From: Trichoplax adhaerens
Taxonomy: Eukaryota > Animalia > Placozoa
Direction of reading: 5' to 3'
Assembly: GCF_000150275.1 (NCBI RefSeq)
Contig: NW_002060945.1
Location: 1,182,199 to 1,246,198, forward strand
Length of the DNA stretch: 64,000 nucleotides
The position numbers and the translations under genes are program-made. Shown in pieces: positions 57,371 through 64,000 of the stretch (its first letter is position 1; each line of letters begins with the position of its first letter). Below the pieces are notes generated by a model. That model was not told where the DNA came from. It ran no database searches and was given only the letters and a program-made list of their open reading frames with translations.

Positions 57371-58079
57371 AATAGCGTCCAGCAGCCTACTTTCCTATAG
57401 ACAATATACTATTATCATGATTAATATTAAAACATGGTAAAGACTATGATTATAATCAGGTTAGCTATGGATTAAGTCGGCTTTTAAATAATGCCGTTTT
57501 ACGCTCGAGGCTATTTTTGAGCAGCATCAGGGGTAGCGGAGTCAATGCCTGTATACAACGATTGTAAGTGATAGTTTGAGATCGAAAAAGCACAGAAAAA
57601 TACGACACAGTATTGATTTAATTATGCAACTCCGTATATAGGCTAGAGGGAGAAGGATAATGATAGGCAATGTATAACATATATACAACTTGATTCAATT
57701 TGCAGTATTCATAGCGTATCTCATTTATATTTTGAGGGTTAATGAGTGGATATGTGTCAGGGATTTTTTATTCCCTTCGTAGAATAGGATAATGATATCC
57801 CAATCCAATCTCGAACGTAAGAAAGGGCCAACGTACTATAGTGTATCATTATTGCAGATACTTGTTGCATAGCATATGTATTAATCAAAAAAGTTCAAAA
57901 TTTGTTTAGTGCAATATTTAGACGAGAATAGTTTTTGTTTGCAGTGAAATTAAAATGTCAGATGGACCCATATGAATCTTCTTGCGTAGACCTGTATTGT
58001 GTCTATGGGATACATTTTATTGCTTTGCTACTTGAATCCTAGAATCACAATGAAGGTACTCGTGATCTAGAATTGATTA

Positions 58080-60390
58080 TAAACCTCACTTACTGTACTT
58101 TGAATTACTGTAACCTTTTATGACCTTTCTGCTATTAGAGTGATTAATAATCTCATACACTTGCAAATGATCCAAGTATCTCTTCCTAGAATAATTAGAA
58201 ATGTAAACTTGAACAGTCTGTAGATATGCGAAATAAACAGCCATATTGCTATTTAAATCAAGATTAAATATTAGTTGCGTCTCTATTATACTTCCAGTAA
58301 ATGATTTTTGTTTGAGCGCGTAATAAATCTGCTGCTTTTTTATTTTCCAAAAATTGTAATCATGAACAGTTCGTGTAGAACAGCTTATTGCGGGGTTTTC
58401 GTCAACAAAAAATCTCTCCAATTAGCTTGTTTACGATCTGAAGGTCATAAACAAGAATTATAATTTTTGAAAACATCGATTAACCTACTGGTACATCCTT
58501 TGGATTAACAACCTAATCACACTTGGACTTGTTATTGCTAATTGTAAACAACTCTATAATGTTGACAACGGTAGTAATACATACATTATAATCATTGTAG
58601 ATTAATAGGGTAGGCTTTTAAAAATGTGATAAAATAGTGTTACCAACTATCGGTCTTTGTATCAAAGAATAATACTACTACTACTTACTGTTTATTTTCT
58701 TTTATCTTTATGGCTATGACTTGTTGCTAATATAGTTGGTCGATTTTGTTTATTTAAGTATTTAATGTTCCAGATAAGTTATGCACAGTGATTAATCTCC
58801 AAATAAGTTCCAAAAAAAACGAGAACTTTATTTGGAAGCTTCCATCTACACAATGCTAGCTCTTTTCAATATTTTCATCTGAGGATGAGTCATACGTATG
58901 TCTTCTGATTTTATACTAAAACTACTGATTTTCTAATTTAGGCTAAAATAAACTCTATTCATAATGTTTACGCCTTCTATTCGCTGAAACTCTCTAGTAC
59001 TTGGATGAGATAATTGATTATATCAAGAGGGATGCCAGTTTTGTCAGCCCAGCTCCTGTTTCATACTAAAATAACTATCAGTAATTTTCTGTATAGACAA
59101 ACGATAAAACTTTATTCTCAGATTTCTCCCCTTCTAGTTTTACATTAGATGATCTAAACCAATTTAGTACGGCAAGGACGATAAAATCACTATCTGAACC
59201 CAAGGAAGGTAAAAAAAAACTATTACATTTCATCCTCCGAATTTGCTGCATTAACTGTCTGTAAATACTTTAATCTTCTGTATAAGCTGTAAGAAAGGTT
59301 CATTCTTTAAGCTAACGCCAAATTGTAATTATCGAAGCTAATTAGTAGAGCGAAGATCTAAGTTAGAGTCCTTAATCTGACAATATGTTTTGGCCAATAA
59401 ACAAAAAAATTAACAGATATAAATAACACTGTAATTTTAAAATTGATCATAGAATAATTATCTAAATAGTTATTCAAGTTAATAACACGCTCAAAATCTG
59501 GTCATAGACAAGATAGGAATAAAATATTAGCAATTGTGTGTTGTATTACAGTTGCAATCTTGCTGCTCTTGGCTACCAGGAGCTTGATTTCATCAAGATC
59601 TGACGTAAAATATTGGCACCAAGGCAACTGCAATAACTATCGGTTTATAATGTTAACACAAATGATTATTCAAGACAGAGATATGAAATTGTGATAAAAT
59701 TGCCATATTACTAATGAGAGAAATTTGACTACCTTTAACTATCAAAATCTTAAAATCATTAAAATGTGACTTAAAAACTATAGCAAAAATCATTTTTATT
59801 CAAGACATATACGCTATCCTGAAAATACAATTGATGTCTAGTTTGTTTGGAACATAGTCAAAATGAACCGATAATACTATGTACTAGATGTGATCCAGTT
59901 ACTATTCATACAAAATGTTATGTAGCCTACAAATTCCTTTTAGAGGTCTGTAACGACGGCATTAATAGCTTTGACAGCAACTAGCTCTTCTATTTTAAGA
60001 CTTTAAAGTTGAGTAAGATTTCATAGATTTTGTATCCTACCTTTATTGTCTGTTACCATATTGGCTTCTTTCGATAATTATTATTTTATAGCTACGGTAA
60101 TAATGACTACATGTATCAATAAGCTTCAGGTAGATTAAATTTGACTATACGATATTGCAAACATATGGGATAAATTTTACCCTTTGATGAGCTCTTATGA
60201 CATACAGTATTGATTGATTTAGGTATTGAACAATACAAGGATTCAAATTATTTAATAAGGTAATTCCCACCCTTTTTACTACTGTGTAAATAAACATTGT
60301 ATAAATTACCGTATCGCCAAAGCCACGACGTGAAAGTGGTAAATTAACATGAAGAATAAAATCATCAATTATAGATAGCAAATTATACGT
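58080..60390 (-). pseudogene. Possible decayed multi-exon helical-repeat gene, perhaps another importin-alpha-like copy
   Basis: Several AG..GT-bounded amphipathic stretches with stops (LKIEELVAVKAINAVVTDL*KEF ~59935-60000; IPLDIINYLIQVLESFSE* ~58975-59055; LSIIDDFILH ~60348-60380). No firm homology. Confidence 0.25.
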
Positions 60391-61878
60391 ACCGTTACTT
60401 AAAGTATGAAAGAAAACAATCTTTTACAAGCTATAGATTGTGAAAATAAATTTTAGATGGCAATCAACGCACGAAACAATATAACTTTTCAAGATATAAA
60501 GTGTAAAGCAAGCTTATCATGATAAATATACGATTATTTTGTAATTTATCGGATTTGATCCTACCAGAAAATTTTTTTCTTTTATATACAAATTCTATAT
60601 GGATACAACTATTTTATCAATTAGTAGCAATGAGGCAATCAATTTACCAAAGTAAATACCACTTTTCGACTGGCATCAATTACATTATCGAAATCAAAAT
60701 CTGATTTCTAAATGCACATGACTAGAGTTTTAAAATCTGGATTAAGATGTTATGCAAATATTATTATATGATAATAATTGTAGCAGCATGAACCATTCTA
60801 GAAAGGACTTAGGTGCTAGGAGCTCATAATGTAGGTCCACGTTACTTAACATAAATGTGAGGAATCAAGATTTTATTAGTACTTTAGAGGGCGATGAGTT
60901 ACCAGTATGGTAGGTATAGCAGTTTGTCAAATTTTAATTCTCCATAACACTATGTAAAAAATAATTACAATACAGTATGTCTGTTTCCAACACTTAAATA
61001 TTGAACCTTTACGGTAATTCTTTGGTTATGTGGATTAATTAATTGGTTCATTGTTTCATTTTTTATTAATCTGCTGAAGTTAATACTGGCATTCGTTATA
61101 AGTGAGCTATTTCACGGATTTGATCAACTGCTGAGTGCATTTCATTCAGTATCCTTATAAATTGTATCTATTATGGGTCTGAAGCGAGGACTTTAGCAGG
61201 AGATACGCAACATCAGTTAGGCTAGAATTGTTACCGGACCATCGTTATTACTTGCATAATTTTACAGGTATGTATAGCTAAAGCTTCGTTTCTTTTGGGT
61301 TATTTGAAGTCTTAAGCATAGGAATGAAATGACTTGTGATACACTATATGTGAATGGAGTAGTCAAATCTTAGCTTTAGCTGTGTAAAATTGTAGCTGAT
61401 TAGAAATAAAATTTATTTATATAATACAATAGATCGATTAATAATAAACTCCTCAATTTGTCTTCAGAATCTATTTATCATAAGCAATAAACGGGATTGA
61501 AACGAGTCATTAATTTTTTTCGGAGGTATCCAGAATAAGATGCATAATCATACATTTAAAAAGATAAATAGATAAAATTAGTTATGTATTGCCCATGTTA
61601 ATTTATGTTGCTTCTTACAGTACTGATATATTTAACCCAGTCTTGTAGATACGTATGTTGTGACTTTGATGTTGTAACAGATACATTATCAAATACAAAA
61701 TATTGGCAATGATGGTACGCATTACTGATTGTAGCTCTGATAATGATAAATGGTAGATAGCATCACAAATTTTGATTAAATTACAATATTAATAAAATTA
61801 AAGCTTATAAATAATAAATTACTATCATAGTACTGGTAGTTTAAGAACATCAATGTGCCTAGTTAAAAAATTTCAACT

Positions 61879-64000
61879 CTATTTGTGGTATTTGTTTTCC
61901 ATGGGGTGCAATAGGTGAATAAGTTCCATTGCTAAAGGTGCAACGGACCACCACGGACCATGTCTTCTCATCATTTCAAGCTTTAATAGTACTAAAACAA
62001 AGAAATTGAGCAATTTTTCAGTGATTAGCTTGAATTTTATTGACTGTAATAAGAATATCAAAATAACAATTGTTTACATTTTATAAATATAATTTTCTAT
62101 TTTGTAATCTAGATTACATAATTTTCTATTTTGTGATCTAGATTATATAATTTTCTTAAATTTTTCAGATACAGTATATCATACTTTCACTTTTGTTATT
62201 TTCCAAAATTTTTGGCAATTGCTGTAATAGTGAGTATAAAATGGATAAGATTTCAAATTCGCCGTTTCTATCAAGCCAACACTGTTCCGGGTATAAGACC
62301 ACAGCGAGATCGTATGTATTACATATTTGTTATCTAGTAACGAAAGAATAGTACCTTGCTCTTCTTGACAATTTCTGCCATTCCTTCTATTATTTTTCTC
62401 ACAATCTAGAATTTAGATAAATAAAAGAAAATTTGTGCACTATACTTTCCCAAGTAACTCTCTAAGCTATTATTGATAACATTAGTATTAGAAAATTTGT
62501 AAAGAATAGCTTCTTATTTATTAATCATCAATAATTAATGGTAAGCTATACTGCCATAAGTGAGAATTATACCGCGCGGTCTTCACTTTTCATCAGTGTA
62601 TCGTGTAAATATTGTATGATGTATTGATTTATTACTAATTGTTCCATCTATAGAATAAAAGATATCCTTTCGTTAGGGCGAATCTTTGATGTAGAAGTTC
62701 AATATAGAGTATCAATAAATTTGATACATAATTTTGAAAATGATACCTGCTCAGTAGTTGCTAATCTTGCTATATCAGTCAGAGCTCTTATTGTCAGTAC
62801 GGTTGGCAAGTCCGAAATCTAGAAAAATATTAAAGAATTATCATCTTGCAGTTGCAAGCACATAGATTATGAAAAAATTGATGGAGTAAATGTGTAAGTC
62901 TGTACTACGGTATTTATAGTATAGACAAACCTTGCGGGTTGCCGTGAAGATAACGGAGAATAGATCGTGATCGATTATACCCTTCATTTAGTTGTAAAGC
63001 GCGATAATTAGACGATAGAGTACAAGTTAATTGTTATGCGCATGATATTGATATACCTGTAATAACATGCTATCCGAACTAGCCAGGCCATATAAAAATT
63101 GTAAAGCACTCTGTCAATTCAAATGCATAAATTCGTATAAAAAATGAGTACAATAATTCTAGTCAGTAAATATTCTTAATATTGTATAAGTTGCTATTTC
63201 TGACATGAAATTCGTTATGAGTATCTAGAAGTGTTATTTTCAGTACAGGAATCACTTTCAGTCCTATTAATATCTGGTAAAAACAAAAACGTAAATTAAT
63301 TTTTTACTACGTAGAAATAATTCGAGTTGCATATTTAAATTTTTAATATACTAATACCTTAACATCATGACGATCATCAAATCCGTGAACTAGCAGCACA
63401 TGTAATATTTCTAGTGCATCTTTCTAGAGTTTAAAAATTTTTCAATTTTCAAAATATTTTGAGCATTATGATCTGATATTTGATAGTAATACCGAATTAA
63501 ACAATTTTTAGTTCTTACACATAAACGCGGTGATTGACTTGCTAAAATCTCGTAAATACGAACGACAGGTATTTTCTTAAGTGCTGCCTATTGCGTGCAA
63601 ATAAAATTGCATATAATCACACAAAAAGATAGCAAAGACTCAATTTAACGTGTTGTTATTTGGCTACATGATCAGTATTAGTCTATATCGAAATCATGAC
63701 ATAGTATACTAAACTTTCAATACAACACATTTTCATTCATTATAAATACTGTAAGTAATAGGATGGATATCTAACCATAACTTCTTCATTGGAATGTTGT
63801 GATAAATTTGCAATGGATGATGATAAAATTTGATTTTTTTCAGTAAGTAGAGAGTGTAAAATCTTCGTAACTTCAATACATATCTATGGATGAAGAAATT
63901 TTATATTACTGTAATTACTAACCCTAAATTAACTGTAACAGATATGATTTGGATGATGCTACCATACATCGATATCGTTTGACTTTAAGAAATCGGACAG
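61879..64000 (-). CDS. KPNA-like: Second divergent importin-alpha-like ARM gene, 3' half (5' end beyond window)
   Basis: Exon series matches 41983-46926 in length and phase: AALKKIPVVRIYEILASQSPRLC (vs QALASIPCHRIFEILKTMDLQLH), SALQFLYGLASSDSMLLQ (18 aa), GIIDHDLFSVIFTATRK (17), MEQLVINQYIIQYLHDTLMKSEDRA (25), IVRKIIEGMAEIVKKSK (17), QLPK. The final exon frame is ambiguous (stop at 62018 or 61879). Confidence 0.72.

Overview
AT-rich, gene-dense eukaryotic (animal) DNA with many short GT-AG introns. The style fits a placozoan such as Trichoplax, but that is inference. Hand-splicing gives, in order: ICA1/ICA69 (+, with a GC-AG intron); SLC35F5 (-); a UDP-glycosyltransferase (+) just downstream of a 183-bp tandem repeat; a strongly divergent importin-beta (KPNB1-like, +); then a minus-strand alternating array. 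The array holds an importin-alpha-like remnant, a lipoxygenase pseudogene, an apparently intact but radically divergent importin-alpha-like gene, a near-intact PLAT-lipoxygenase with one frameshift, a duplication scar, and a third importin-alpha-like gene running off the window end. Most notable is a clustered non-canonical karyopherin set. The importin-alpha paralogs lack the NLS-binding Trp/Asn array, and the complete copy also lacks the basic IBB domain. The adjacent importin-beta has lost most IBB-binding tryptophans and apparently one HEAT exon. Also notable: both lipoxygenase copies are broken at the same codon, Tc1/mariner-type TA-CWG-TA footprints are visible between duplicated segments, and there are two MITE-like elements. 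All protein assignments come from manual translation and remembered family sequences; no searches were run.
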